This document shows positions 20,568-30,015 of a DNA stretch of 64,000 bases, piece after piece. A program made the translations under genes and the position numbers. The notes below the pieces were generated by a model that did not search any database, had not been told where the DNA came from, and saw only the letters and a program-made list of their open reading frames with translations. Position 1 is the first letter of the stretch; the number at the start of each line of letters is the position of its first letter. This DNA comes from Candidatus Dojkabacteria bacterium (GTDB lineage Bacteria > Patescibacteriota > Dojkabacteria > JAOAGR01), in assembly GCA_026415655.1 (NCBI GenBank), contig JAOAGR010000002.1, positions 131,237-195,236 on the forward strand, read 5' to 3'.

Positions 20568-22778
20568 ATGTATAAAAATATTAGATTTTTCAAAAAATTT
20601 AAAAATATTTTTAACTCATTAAACCATAAAGCCTTTTTAATTTTTGTTTTATTGATAATTATTGTTTTGACTGCTACAACTGTGATATTTTTTGCTCGAG
20701 GTAAACAGTATACATATCATACAATTCCACCTATGCAAGACAAAGATAAGAATTTATCCGGTAATGACATGGATAACATAGATAACAATCGTAATAGTGA
20801 AGAGAATCAGCTAAAAAAAGAATTAGAAAAAAAGTTTATAGAAAAATTTGAAACTTATACTGGGTTAGATTGGGAGAAATACTATAAATTTTTGTCCAAT
20901 ACATCTTATATGCTTATAAATTCTTATTTATTTACGGGGGCAGGTGTGTTTCAAGATTCCGATTATACTAATGAAATTATTAGATTATTAAATTATCGTG
21001 ATTCTATTCATGATTATTTCGCACTAAAAAAAACTAATTCAAATCAATTTCGTTATACAAGTTGTAAATTGGAAAGTGTTGATAGGTTAACGATATTGGA
21101 TATGCCGGTTAAAGATTATAATTATTTGTTAAATTATGCACATAATGTTCCTTATATTAATGATTTTAAGGAAGGACTCGAAACAGACTATGCATCCTCA
21201 AATAAATTAGAGCAAATTTTAGGTTCTAATGCTAATTTCAAAGTATTGTCTGGAGTTAATAATTCAATTAATTATGCAAAAGCTGTTTTGTATTCTCTAG
21301 ATTCAACTCAAAGATATACTGTTAATTCAATCAATTTTTATGGTTCAACATATGATCCTTTTAGTGTGAATTATACGGTCGATAAGTATGTGGATGGCCA
21401 TTTTGAGGCTGCGGAATTTTTTAGAGGTAATTATTATTTTTGGTTTAATAGTCCAGAATTAAAATTTGAAATTCAGGATAATAATTATGTACTGATTTAC
21501 GATAAGAATGAAGACTTTTTAAAGGTAAATTACATCTTTGATAGTAATTTTGATCTGAAACAAGTGAATTTAATTGTGCAAAATTCAAACGATCGAGATG
21601 AAAGAATAATTATGTCGGTATCCTGTAATCATGATGTAGTCTCGTTTGATGAAATAAAGACAAAATTTAACCAGATATATTCACAGCTGGAAAATCAGAC
21701 CAATTTCAGATCATATAATTTTGATAATCTTGATGAGGTCAAATATTATAATTTGTCTGAGGTAGTATCAGAATTTCCATTTATTTCAATTAATGATAAT
21801 CCGTTTTTATATCAATTTAATAAAAATAATACCAAGTATGATAAATATTTAGGGGACATTTATAATATACAACTTAAAGGATCGAGAATAAGTCCAATAA
21901 AAATTTCAGAGTCTTCTTCTTTGTATATAAATTCAATAGATTATTCCATATCGTACAACCCAAATGGTGTTGGTTTAATGAACAGTTGTGGTACTTATAC
22001 GTTGTTTTTGGAAGGTTTCGGGAATATAGAGTTGGAATGTAACAAGTTGCATATAGAATTAAGTGAAGAATATAAAAATAGATTGATTAGTGAAAATAAA
22101 AGTTTTCATAGTTATAGGATTAAAACTGATATAAGTAAGAGATTTGGATACCAACCTGCCAATATATACATATACCCAAAATCATATGAAGCTCAAAAGA
22201 AATTAGAAGAAAGAAAGATAAGGTTAAAATTATTAAATACAAATGAGGTTAAAAATTTGGATGAAAAATATAGAAATATAATAATTCATCTATACAATGC
22301 AAATAGAAATCTAGTTTTTAATAATATATCTAAGGAAGAATTAAGGACGAATGTAATATTAAAAAATGATTTTAATACATCCTTTAGTAAACTTTTGGAA
22401 CCTAATGATAAACAAAAAAACTGCTATGCATTTTTTGATAATGTAAATAAATTTGATGTAAAATTGTTTAATGTATTAGAAATTCAAGATATTGAAAGAT
22501 ATTTTCTAAAGTGTGCAACGGGTATATCTAATGGTTATCAAATGATATTACAATATAAAGACAATGATGAGGATTTTTTTGATGTATATGTTATTTACTC
22601 AAATGAATACGTAGAAAAAATTGTCAATTTTTATGTAAATTCTGATTTATACAAAAAAGACCAAAAAATAAGGGGAATGCAATATAAGAAACTTGGTGAT
22701 ATGTATATATTTATATACAGCGACAAAGCAAAAGAAAAGGTAACTGAGGTGTTAAATGATATTCAATTAGTAGAATAG
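20568..22778 (+). CDS. Large type-II membrane-anchored hypothetical protein
   Basis: 736 aa with an N-terminal signal-anchor (AFLIFVLLIIIVLTATTVIFFA). C-terminal region carries a Cys-bracketed motif (SCGTYTLFLEGFGNIELECNKLH) also seen in 23301..25949 and 26529..27335. No known catalytic motif. Confidence 0.6.
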   Translation: MYKNIRFFKKFKNIFNSLNHKAFLIFVLLIIIVLTATTVIFFARGKQYTYHTIPPMQDKDKNLSGNDMDNIDNNRNSEENQLKKELEKKFIEKFETYTGLDWEKYYKFLSNTSYMLINSYLFTGAGVFQDSDYTNEIIRLLNYRDSIHDYFALKKTNSNQFRYTSCKLESVDRLTILDMPVKDYNYLLNYAHNVPYINDFKEGLETDYASSNKLEQILGSNANFKVLSGVNNSINYAKAVLYSLDSTQRYTVNSINFYGSTYDPFSVNYTVDKYVDGHFEAAEFFRGNYYFWFNSPELKFEIQDNNYVLIYDKNEDFLKVNYIFDSNFDLKQVNLIVQNSNDRDERIIMSVSCNHDVVSFDEIKTKFNQIYSQLENQTNFRSYNFDNLDEVKYYNLSEVVSEFPFISINDNPFLYQFNKNNTKYDKYLGDIYNIQLKGSRISPIKISESSSLYINSIDYSISYNPNGVGLMNSCGTYTLFLEGFGNIELECNKLHIELSEEYKNRLISENKSFHSYRIKTDISKRFGYQPANIYIYPKSYEAQKKLEERKIRLKLLNTNEVKNLDEKYRNIIIHLYNANRNLVFNNISKEELRTNVILKNDFNTSFSKLLEPNDKQKNCYAFFDNVNKFDVKLFNVLEIQDIERYFLKCATGISNGYQMILQYKDNDEDFFDVYVIYSNEYVEKIVNFYVNSDLYKKDQKIRGMQYKKLGDMYIFIYSDKAKEKVTEVLNDIQLVE

Positions 22779-22807
22779 TATAGTTATGAATGTAATTTGA
22801 TTGGATA

Positions 22808-23326
22808 ATGAATAAATCTTTTGAAAAATTCTACGAAGAAACCTTTAAAGAAGCTTACAGATATCTCTATATGCGAATTAACAACGTGAGTGACGTGGAA
22901 GATATACTGCATGACGCGTATTTAGTAATTTACGAAAGCTATAAAGATAAATTAGATAGTAATGAAAGTAAAAAAATATTGTTTGGTATTCTTCAAAAGA
23001 AATATGTAGATTATATTAGACTAAAATATAGAGAATATGAAAATATAGAGTATATTGACAATTATGCAGGGGAACAAAACAATGTGATTTCGCATTTGGA
23101 CTTAGCCCAATTAGAAGACAAGCTGAGGGATTATATTTATAAATTAGAAAAAAAGTATCCCAAATTGATGATTATCCTTAGAATGAGACTTTTGGATAAA
23201 CTTAGCAGAAGAGAAATCGCAGAAGTCTTAAATATTACTGAAGATCATGTTCATACCTACCAAAAGAGAGCTATAGCAATAATAAAAAAAATTATTACAA
23301 ATGAAAAAGATGATGAAAATAAATAA
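22808..23326 (+). CDS. ECF-type RNA polymerase sigma factor (sigma-70 family, group 4)
   Basis: Region 2 (DVEDILHDAYLVIYESY) and region 4 helix-turn-helix (LSRREIAEVLNITEDHVHTYQKRAIAIIKK). Length 172 aa. Confidence 0.78.
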   Translation: MNKSFEKFYEETFKEAYRYLYMRINNVSDVEDILHDAYLVIYESYKDKLDSNESKKILFGILQKKYVDYIRLKYREYENIEYIDNYAGEQNNVISHLDLAQLEDKLRDYIYKLEKKYPKLMIILRMRLLDKLSRREIAEVLNITEDHVHTYQKRAIAIIKKIITNEKDDENK

Positions 23327-25949
23327 AGATAAAAAATTGTACCCCCAAGACGATATATATAGTGAAATGGATCAAGTTGATCAAAAAATTGAAGAAATTC
23401 TCACATCTGCTTTGGTAACCGTGCCGGCAGATGAGGATATATTATCTGCGCAGATAAGGGTAAAAAATCAGCTTGTCCATTCGATAAATAGAAAAGCTAT
23501 GGATCAAAAAAATTTTGTAGCTCAAGTTTTTCCTGAAGAAGGAGCGGCTACACAAAACGATAATATTCAGACTTCTCAAACAAAGCCCAATGCATTTATG
23601 AATCTTTTTCATAATAAACCATTTGTTATATTTTCTACATTGACATTGATAACTATTGTCACATTATCAGGGATAGGTATTTATTACTTAAACACAACAA
23701 AAAATAATCAAGATACATCTACGGAATTTGTAAATAGAGCAAATAAAAGTGGGGATATTGTTACCCTGGCAAAGGAAAGATTTAAACAATTATATGGAAT
23801 TGAATATGATGACTATGTAAAAGTAGCATCATCAATAGATGCATCATCGAATCCTAAAGAAGGGTTAAAATCAATGCTAGCTTCAACAGGACGAACAAAC
23901 CAAAGAATGATCATGGCACAAGAACGACCAGAGGTACAAAATATCTTGGATAATGTTAATACAACACAAAATAAAGGGGTTTTATATAGGTATACCGTAG
24001 AAATGAACAAGGCAGACTATACGAAGTATACGGATGTGTATATCCCCACAGATACTGCTTATTTTGGTCTACATGATTTTATCCGTTATCCGGAGGCGAA
24101 TTATGAATATTATATGTCTTTGCATTCCACAGGTACTGTTGTCAGGAGAGGTAAAGATATTCTATATGCCACCGTATCAGATGTTTCCGCTCAGGGTAAT
24201 AGCTATCATGTGCGGTCATTAGAATACAGAAATGGCAAACTTGCATTAGAAGGCAACTATATACATCCAAAGGGATTCTATGAAGAACAGAATATTTCGT
24301 ACATCCAATTTACTCCTGATTATATACTGTTACAAAAATTAGAAAGTAAAGATGAAAACATAAAAGATTTAGGAGTAAAAGATATTGATGGAGTACAATA
24401 TAGGATTATTGAAGAAAGTATTAACGTTTTGGGACCAGTATATTCTCCACCTCCACCCGCAGAGAACACGGAACAGGAAGAGTCAATTGTTTATCCAACG
24501 GGACCTGAGATTATCATTAGAAAAACGTATTATATAAATCCAAATAGTCTACAGATAGTAAAAACAGAATTTAGTGAAGATAATGATTTATTATTCTCTA
24601 TAAAATATGAAGAACACAAGATAATCGATAATACTTATATTCAAAATAATTATAATGAAGTAAAAGATTCTATCCGAAAATTAGATAAAGAAATCAAGAC
24701 ATTTGACTTTGGTGCAGTATATGATATTAAAGCTTATCCTAAATTAGCAGATTTTGTGAAAAAATATCCTGTATTCACTATTGATACTGATGGAAGGGAG
24801 AGATTCAATTTCTATGATAACGATAGTGAACAGGCTAGACTTTATAATGAGTACTTTAGATTGTATTCGTCACAAGATTTTGACCCATCTTATGAAAGCT
24901 CCGGCGAGGCCTTGGTTGTAGATGAAGGTTCTCTTGCTCATTTTGGATCGATGCGTCTTGGGATCGAGTATTATAAGTCGGGTCAAAAGAGATCAAACAT
25001 AGTATGTACTGGTAAAAAGTCCACAATCAACATAGATGGTATTGGTCAATTTGAGGCTGAGGTGTGTAAATATTCGTATGATGATGTAATGACAATTCAA
25101 ATGGAAGAAGGTTCTACGTCTCCAAACAATTCCCTGTTACCAGTTGAAAACGCAGATGTAGTATATAAATTATCCCAAAAGATAGGCTCGTATCCACCAT
25201 ACGATATCTACATATCATTTGGTGGATTGCAAAACGATAACTGGACTGTTAATTACATAAATGAGCAAAAGGCAAAACAATATGATGATGAGATTAGACA
25301 AATTATAACTATGGAGACTGTCATGTACGGTGGTCAGATTGACCAGTCAAAAATCTCCGGATTTATAGCAACACCGGTAGAATTTGTAAAAAAAGAAAAT
25401 TATCAGGTATATACTCAAACATTTAGTGCGCCATATTATGGTAAGGAAGAAACATGCGTCATACCGTTGCAAAATGCGAAAAAAAATCCAGATTTGTTGG
25501 AATATCTTTATATGCAACATAAATTTGTACTAGATTGTATCGCACTAATAGCAGATGGTTATATGCTAAGTTATCATGCATCATTGAGCCCAGAGATGTA
25601 TGAAATTCCAACCGTTAATGAGATTGGTGAATCCAGCCCTGTTGCTAAAAACGTTCAAGTAGCACAGTCAAGTTTTGATGTATATATCTTCGAAAAAACA
25701 GATTTTACATATTCGGCTTTGGAGTTTTATATAAATTATTTAAAAAATAAATCTGAAGATGAGACTCTTATTCCGGTTTATAAGGAAGTTAATGGATATA
25801 TTGTAGTGATAGTTAACTCTGTTTTTGGACCATACGATCTAGCTGATGATATCGTTGGAAGTAGAAGGAGACTACTAGAAAATATACGCCTATTAAGCGA
25901 ACAAGAGAAAAAGCAATTCTTTGATATGCTTAATGAGCAATCTAAATAA
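23301..25949 (+). CDS. Putative anti-sigma factor: ~110 aa cytoplasmic N-terminus, single TM, ~750 aa extracytoplasmic domain
   Basis: Overlaps the ECF sigma gene by 26 nt. TM at ~aa 108-130 (FVIFSTLTLITIVTLSGIGIYYL). C-terminal Cys-bracketed motif (VCTGKKSTINIDGIGQFEAEVC) shared with neighbouring proteins. Confidence 0.55.
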   Translation: MKKMMKINKDKKLYPQDDIYSEMDQVDQKIEEILTSALVTVPADEDILSAQIRVKNQLVHSINRKAMDQKNFVAQVFPEEGAATQNDNIQTSQTKPNAFMNLFHNKPFVIFSTLTLITIVTLSGIGIYYLNTTKNNQDTSTEFVNRANKSGDIVTLAKERFKQLYGIEYDDYVKVASSIDASSNPKEGLKSMLASTGRTNQRMIMAQERPEVQNILDNVNTTQNKGVLYRYTVEMNKADYTKYTDVYIPTDTAYFGLHDFIRYPEANYEYYMSLHSTGTVVRRGKDILYATVSDVSAQGNSYHVRSLEYRNGKLALEGNYIHPKGFYEEQNISYIQFTPDYILLQKLESKDENIKDLGVKDIDGVQYRIIEESINVLGPVYSPPPPAENTEQEESIVYPTGPEIIIRKTYYINPNSLQIVKTEFSEDNDLLFSIKYEEHKIIDNTYIQNNYNEVKDSIRKLDKEIKTFDFGAVYDIKAYPKLADFVKKYPVFTIDTDGRERFNFYDNDSEQARLYNEYFRLYSSQDFDPSYESSGEALVVDEGSLAHFGSMRLGIEYYKSGQKRSNIVCTGKKSTINIDGIGQFEAEVCKYSYDDVMTIQMEEGSTSPNNSLLPVENADVVYKLSQKIGSYPPYDIYISFGGLQNDNWTVNYINEQKAKQYDDEIRQIITMETVMYGGQIDQSKISGFIATPVEFVKKENYQVYTQTFSAPYYGKEETCVIPLQNAKKNPDLLEYLYMQHKFVLDCIALIADGYMLSYHASLSPEMYEIPTVNEIGESSPVAKNVQVAQSSFDVYIFEKTDFTYSALEFYINYLKNKSEDETLIPVYKEVNGYIVVIVNSVFGPYDLADDIVGSRRRLLENIRLLSEQEKKQFFDMLNEQSK

Positions 25950-25967
25950 TTAAATTAAAAATTCATT

Positions 25968-26369
25968 ATGGAAAGAATAAAATTAAATCAAATGAACAAA
26001 AAATCAATATTTTTAGCAATTGGATTACTGGCTATTTTGGCTATTGGATCAATTATTCTCTATTTATCTTTTTTACAAAATCAAAGTTCATCAGGGGTAG
26101 TATCCGAAAACACCGAATCTGGCAAAATAGATGAAACGAGTGATTCTATTGATGCCAAGCAGACACCGTTTTCGGAATTAGAGAAAACTGATTTTGAGAT
26201 TGATTCGAATCTACGAACAGTGGAAGGTATAAAAGATAATATCTTAAATTATATTTTCGGTGATGAAGAGTTCAGAAATGAGAATTTTTATAGTCTGATG
26301 TCTGATACGATTAATCTAGCATTAATAAATAAGTATGATATTAATGCTTTTGTCCCTCGTTTTGATTGA
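25968..26369 (+). CDS. Type-II membrane-anchored hypothetical protein. Probably the N-terminal part of a single gene continuing into 26529..27335 across an in-frame TGA.
   Basis: 133 aa with an N-terminal TM (IFLAIGLLAILAIGSIILYLSF). Its TGA stop (26367-26369) is followed by 53 stop-free codons in the same frame leading into the next ORF. Confidence 0.5.
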   Translation: MERIKLNQMNKKSIFLAIGLLAILAIGSIILYLSFLQNQSSSGVVSENTESGKIDETSDSIDAKQTPFSELEKTDFEIDSNLRTVEGIKDNILNYIFGDEEFRNENFYSLMSDTINLALINKYDINAFVPRFD

Positions 26370-26528
26370 GCAAAGAAAATAGATGTAACAAATTATGAAA
26401 GAAATTTCATTGAAATAAATTATACTGTTAAGGAAACTAATAGTACTAATTTCAAGTTTAGATGTACACAAGTTTTAAATGTATATTTAATAGCAAATAT
26501 ATGTAAAGACTCAAATGATCGCATTAAT

Positions 26529-27335
26529 TTGGAGAAAAGTGCCCTTCATTTTGTGAAAAAAGCTTCAGACCAGATTAATTATAAATTTGTACAACGAATA
26601 AATGAAAATAATGATAACTACGGATATAAATATATGATTTATCAGTATCCATATTATAATGTTGCACTTTACAATATTTTTCAAGAATATGCTTATATTT
26701 ATGAAAATATTGATGAAGCACTAATAGATAATACTGGGAACAAATTTGTTGTAATGGTAAATATTGATGATGTGCAAATTGTTTACGATCATCCCAAGTT
26801 ATTTGAAAGCAATAATGAAGAAGCGGAGAGATATTTTGATATGATAATAAATGAAATATCAGAACAACAATCTATTGTAAAGGTTGAGGAAAATTATATT
26901 TTTAATATTGATGAATTTGTAAATATGTATCCTGTTTTGGTTCCACAAGGTAAATTTAAAGAATTTGCGTATTTCAGTAATTATAAAATGGGGGTTGCAA
27001 ATATGAATTATGGAGATTCTACCACTATCAGGATTATTCTTGAATTCTACAAGTACGGTAGTCAAGGAAATGAGAATGTAAATTGTTCAGATGAAAACGG
27101 TACAAAACAAATAATTATCGAAGGAAAATCATTTAACGCCAATGTATGTCGAGGTGATAGAATAGCTGGTAATGTAGTAAAGCTTACCAATGTAAAAGGT
27201 TATGATATTTATGTTCAGGCTGTTGATTATTCAATGAATCCTGAAGATAACTCAGTGGATATCATGCCAAGAGAATTTCGCTTTATGACCGCAGATGAAT
27301 CGCCTAAATATGAAATGAAAGTGCAACAATCATAA
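26529..27335 (+). CDS. Hypothetical secreted-domain protein (TTG start as called; same frame as 25968..26369)
   Basis: 268 aa with no signal peptide of its own. Carries a Cys-bracketed motif (NCSDENGTKQIIIEGKSFNANVC) similar to the two larger neighbours. Confidence 0.5.
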   Translation: MEKSALHFVKKASDQINYKFVQRINENNDNYGYKYMIYQYPYYNVALYNIFQEYAYIYENIDEALIDNTGNKFVVMVNIDDVQIVYDHPKLFESNNEEAERYFDMIINEISEQQSIVKVEENYIFNIDEFVNMYPVLVPQGKFKEFAYFSNYKMGVANMNYGDSTTIRIILEFYKYGSQGNENVNCSDENGTKQIIIEGKSFNANVCRGDRIAGNVVKLTNVKGYDIYVQAVDYSMNPEDNSVDIMPREFRFMTADESPKYEMKVQQS

Positions 27336-27354
27336 AATCAATTTCAAGTACTAA

Positions 27355-27392
27355 AATAAAAAGGCAGGATTTATTCCTGCCTTTTGTTTGTT
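27355..27392. terminator. Bidirectional rho-independent terminator between convergent genes
   Basis: aaaaAGGCAGGatttattCCTGCCTtttgttt: a 7-bp GC-rich stem flanked by A-run and T-run. Sits between the 26529..27335 (+) and ilvE (-) ends. Confidence 0.7.
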
Positions 27393-27402
27393 AAGTTTTA
27401 AC

Positions 27403-28320
27403 TTAATTATAAGTAGATTTTAACCAGTTACTGTATCTGTTGTCATTCCCTCTCACAGCATTAAAGTATTTTTCTTGAATTAATTTTGTTGTATTGCCTA
27501 TTTCACCGTTACCAACTTTGCGGTGATCAATTTCTATAACGGGTGTAACCTCAGCTGCGGTACCAGTCATGAATGCCTCATCGGCTGCATATAGTTCACT
27601 TCGTGCTATTTTACGTTCTTCAAAGACAATTTGTAGGTCATCAGCCAACTGTTTCACCGCATTGCGGGTGATTCCTTCGAGTATATGATCCGAATACTCT
27701 GGTGTTATTATTTTGCCACTTCGTACTATGAATATATTTTCGCCTGATCCCTCGGATACGTATCCTGCAGAATTTAGCATTACAGCCTCATCAAATCCAG
27801 ACAAAATTGCTTCTGTCTTCGCTAATGCGCTATTTACATATCCACCAGCCACTTTCCACCTTGATGGAATAGAGTTATCATCATTTCTAACCCAAGAGGA
27901 TGTCTGCACACGAATACCTTTTGAAGTATCAAGATATTTACCAAATCTGTAAGTATATATAGTGATGGTAGCTTTATATTCTATTAACTTTGGAGTAAGT
28001 GCTAAATCAGAAAAATAAACTAATGGCCTTATGTAAACATCTTCTTTGATGTTGTTTTTTCTTAGTAATTCCAGAGTTATATCGACTAACTCTTCAGGTG
28101 TATATTCAATATTCATAAACATAGATCTTGCATTACGGACTAATCTCGTATAATGTTCTTTCCCAAAAAGTAAAAATAGATCTTTCTTTTCTTCGTTCCA
28201 ATAAGCTCTTATACCTTCGAATATTGCAGTTCCATAATGCAGCGAATTGGTTTTTACGCTTATCATCGCATTTTCGGCTTCAACAAACTGATCGTTGAAA
28301 AATATGTATTCTTTGTTCAT
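27403..28320 (-). CDS. ilvE: Branched-chain amino acid aminotransferase (PLP fold type IV)
   Basis: FEGIRAYW motif near the N-terminus, class IV aminotransferase core, EGSGENIF. Length 305 aa. Confidence 0.8.
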   Translation of the reverse strand: MNKEYIFFNDQFVEAENAMISVKTNSLHYGTAIFEGIRAYWNEEKKDLFLLFGKEHYTRLVRNARSMFMNIEYTPEELVDITLELLRKNNIKEDVYIRPLVYFSDLALTPKLIEYKATITIYTYRFGKYLDTSKGIRVQTSSWVRNDDNSIPSRWKVAGGYVNSALAKTEAILSGFDEAVMLNSAGYVSEGSGENIFIVRSGKIITPEYSDHILEGITRNAVKQLADDLQIVFEERKIARSELYAADEAFMTGTAAEVTPVIEIDHRKVGNGEIGNTTKLIQEKYFNAVRGNDNRYSNWLKSTYN

Positions 28321-28397
28321 AGGATAAAATTGTATGATAAATTTCTTCCTTTGTAAATTTGAAAAGCAATACCGTTATGTATTAAAATACTTTTCGT

Positions 28398-28483
28398 GGA
28401 GAGTTCGCCTAGTGGTCTATGGCGCTGCTCTGGAAAGGCAGTTGGGGAAACCCTCGTGGGTTCGAATCCCACACTCTCCGCCA
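28398..28483 (+). tRNA. tRNA-Ser (GGA), long variable arm, CCA encoded
   Basis: Acceptor ggagagt/actctcc, anticodon stem ctgct/ggcag with loop ctGGAaa, long variable arm, T-arm gtggg-ttcgaat-cccac, discriminator G + CCA. Confidence 0.85.
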
Positions 28484-28619
28484 TTTATTATTTTCACTAG
28501 TTCTCGAAATTCTGAGCATATTTAAAGCCGTATTAATCTAGATTGTATATTTCCAACTATTTAACTATTTAGTTATTGGATCGCACGCGTATATTCAAAC
28601 TCTTGCCAATTTTGGCACG

Positions 28620-29465
28620 CTAAAAAATCACACAATTTATTTATTGGCAAATAATACCGTAAGATGAACACCAAATAATTAATAACACTAGCTATTGCAA
28701 ATATCTTTTCTGTTCTTTTCGGTGGTATGCCAGCTACTGCTGCTTTAGCTTGAATTTCCTTAAATATAAAATCTGATGTTACTTCAAGAGTATCCGGTAT
28801 TATTAATGTTCTTGGAATAATAATTTCAATGTTTTTCCTGAGTTACTTTCGTTTTATACCCATGGCTGTAATAGTATCTATCCTTGTTTATGTATCTGTA
28901 TAGATGATAGAGAAGGAGCATTTTACTAAACTATATAAATATGAAAAAGAAAGTTTCTTATATCCTTGATCGTTGCTTTTTTCGTTATTATCACTGATCC
29001 GATGATTGGTATTTTATTAGGTGTTTATTTGTTATTACTATTACAGATTAATCGTATATCGAAGGGGATATATGAGATAAGAGAAAATGCATTGTGCGAT
29101 GATGGATCATCGAAAACTATGAAAAAAATCCATCTGTACTTCTTTATTCTTTCAAAGGTAAATTAATTTATATCAATGCAAAGGTACACTTATTACGTTT
29201 TGAAGAAAACTTTGCTAAATATAAAGTTATTATATTTCGTTTTCGAGAGGTATACTATATCGATATTGATGGAATAGAGGCTATAGACGAAATGACTAGT
29301 ATATGTAAATCACGAGGACAGCAAGTAATCTTGACAAGTGTGCCGGATCGAATCAAAAGCTTATTAGTGGAATGTTCGCATTATTACGATGAAATTGAGA
29401 AACAAAATCTAATTTTCCCTAAAACTGAGATGGCCTTACGATTCTTAGGCGTACCAATAAAATAG
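28620..29465 (+). pseudogene. Remnant of a SulP/SLC26-family anion permease. C-terminal TM region plus STAS domain, broken by at least 3 stops/frameshifts; N-terminal half missing.
   Basis: Successive frames read ...ITLAIANIFSVLFGGMPATAALA* (SulP GG-P-T motif), ISLNIKSDVTSRVSGIINVLGIIISMFFLSYFRFIPMAVIVSILVYVSV*, MIVAFFVIITDPMIGILLGVYLLLLL... and STAS-like ...VIIFRFREVYYIDIDGIEAIDEMTSICKSRGQQVILTSVPDRIKSLL... Confidence 0.8.
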
Positions 29466-30015
29466 TAGATAGAATTCTTAATTTAAAAGGATTATCTATA
29501 TATTCAATATAATAATTTTAGAATTTTGAAATGATATACTTTTAATAAGATCAGAAAAATGAACTGATATAAGGTTGCTATTTAACTCTAGAGTGAAGTA
29601 TTGAAGGAGAGGGTTGTATCTTACAGAATATTATTGAGAATATTTTTGTTAAACAAGGTGAATTTCGATATTAAAAGGTTAGGTGCTAATGCATCATGGT
29701 AATGGTAAACACCTTATAGTTATTAATTATCCAATTTTCATAAATAGATTATAGACTTAATGTAATTCGACAATGGGGAATAATATGATTTTTATAAGAC
29801 GTTCCAAAATTATGGGTTGCCAATAACGATCTTAATATATAGTTTGCATCCAAAAAAGACTAAATGATTCTGTTTCCTGGTGATAAACGTGGATTATAAT
29901 ACACAAAATTACTTTATGCGTTAATATTTACGAATTTATTAGTACTGATGTGGTTTGAATCAATTAATTGTGGACATTTTAATATTGTAAATTTTATTAA
30001 AAGTGCTAAACTACA

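Noticed and set aside
28334-28525. 63-aa ORF overlapping tRNA-Ser; likewise 42665-42859 overlapping tRNA-Cys.
   Set aside because: The sequences fold into canonical tRNA cloverleaves; the ORFs are artefacts of reading through tRNA genes.
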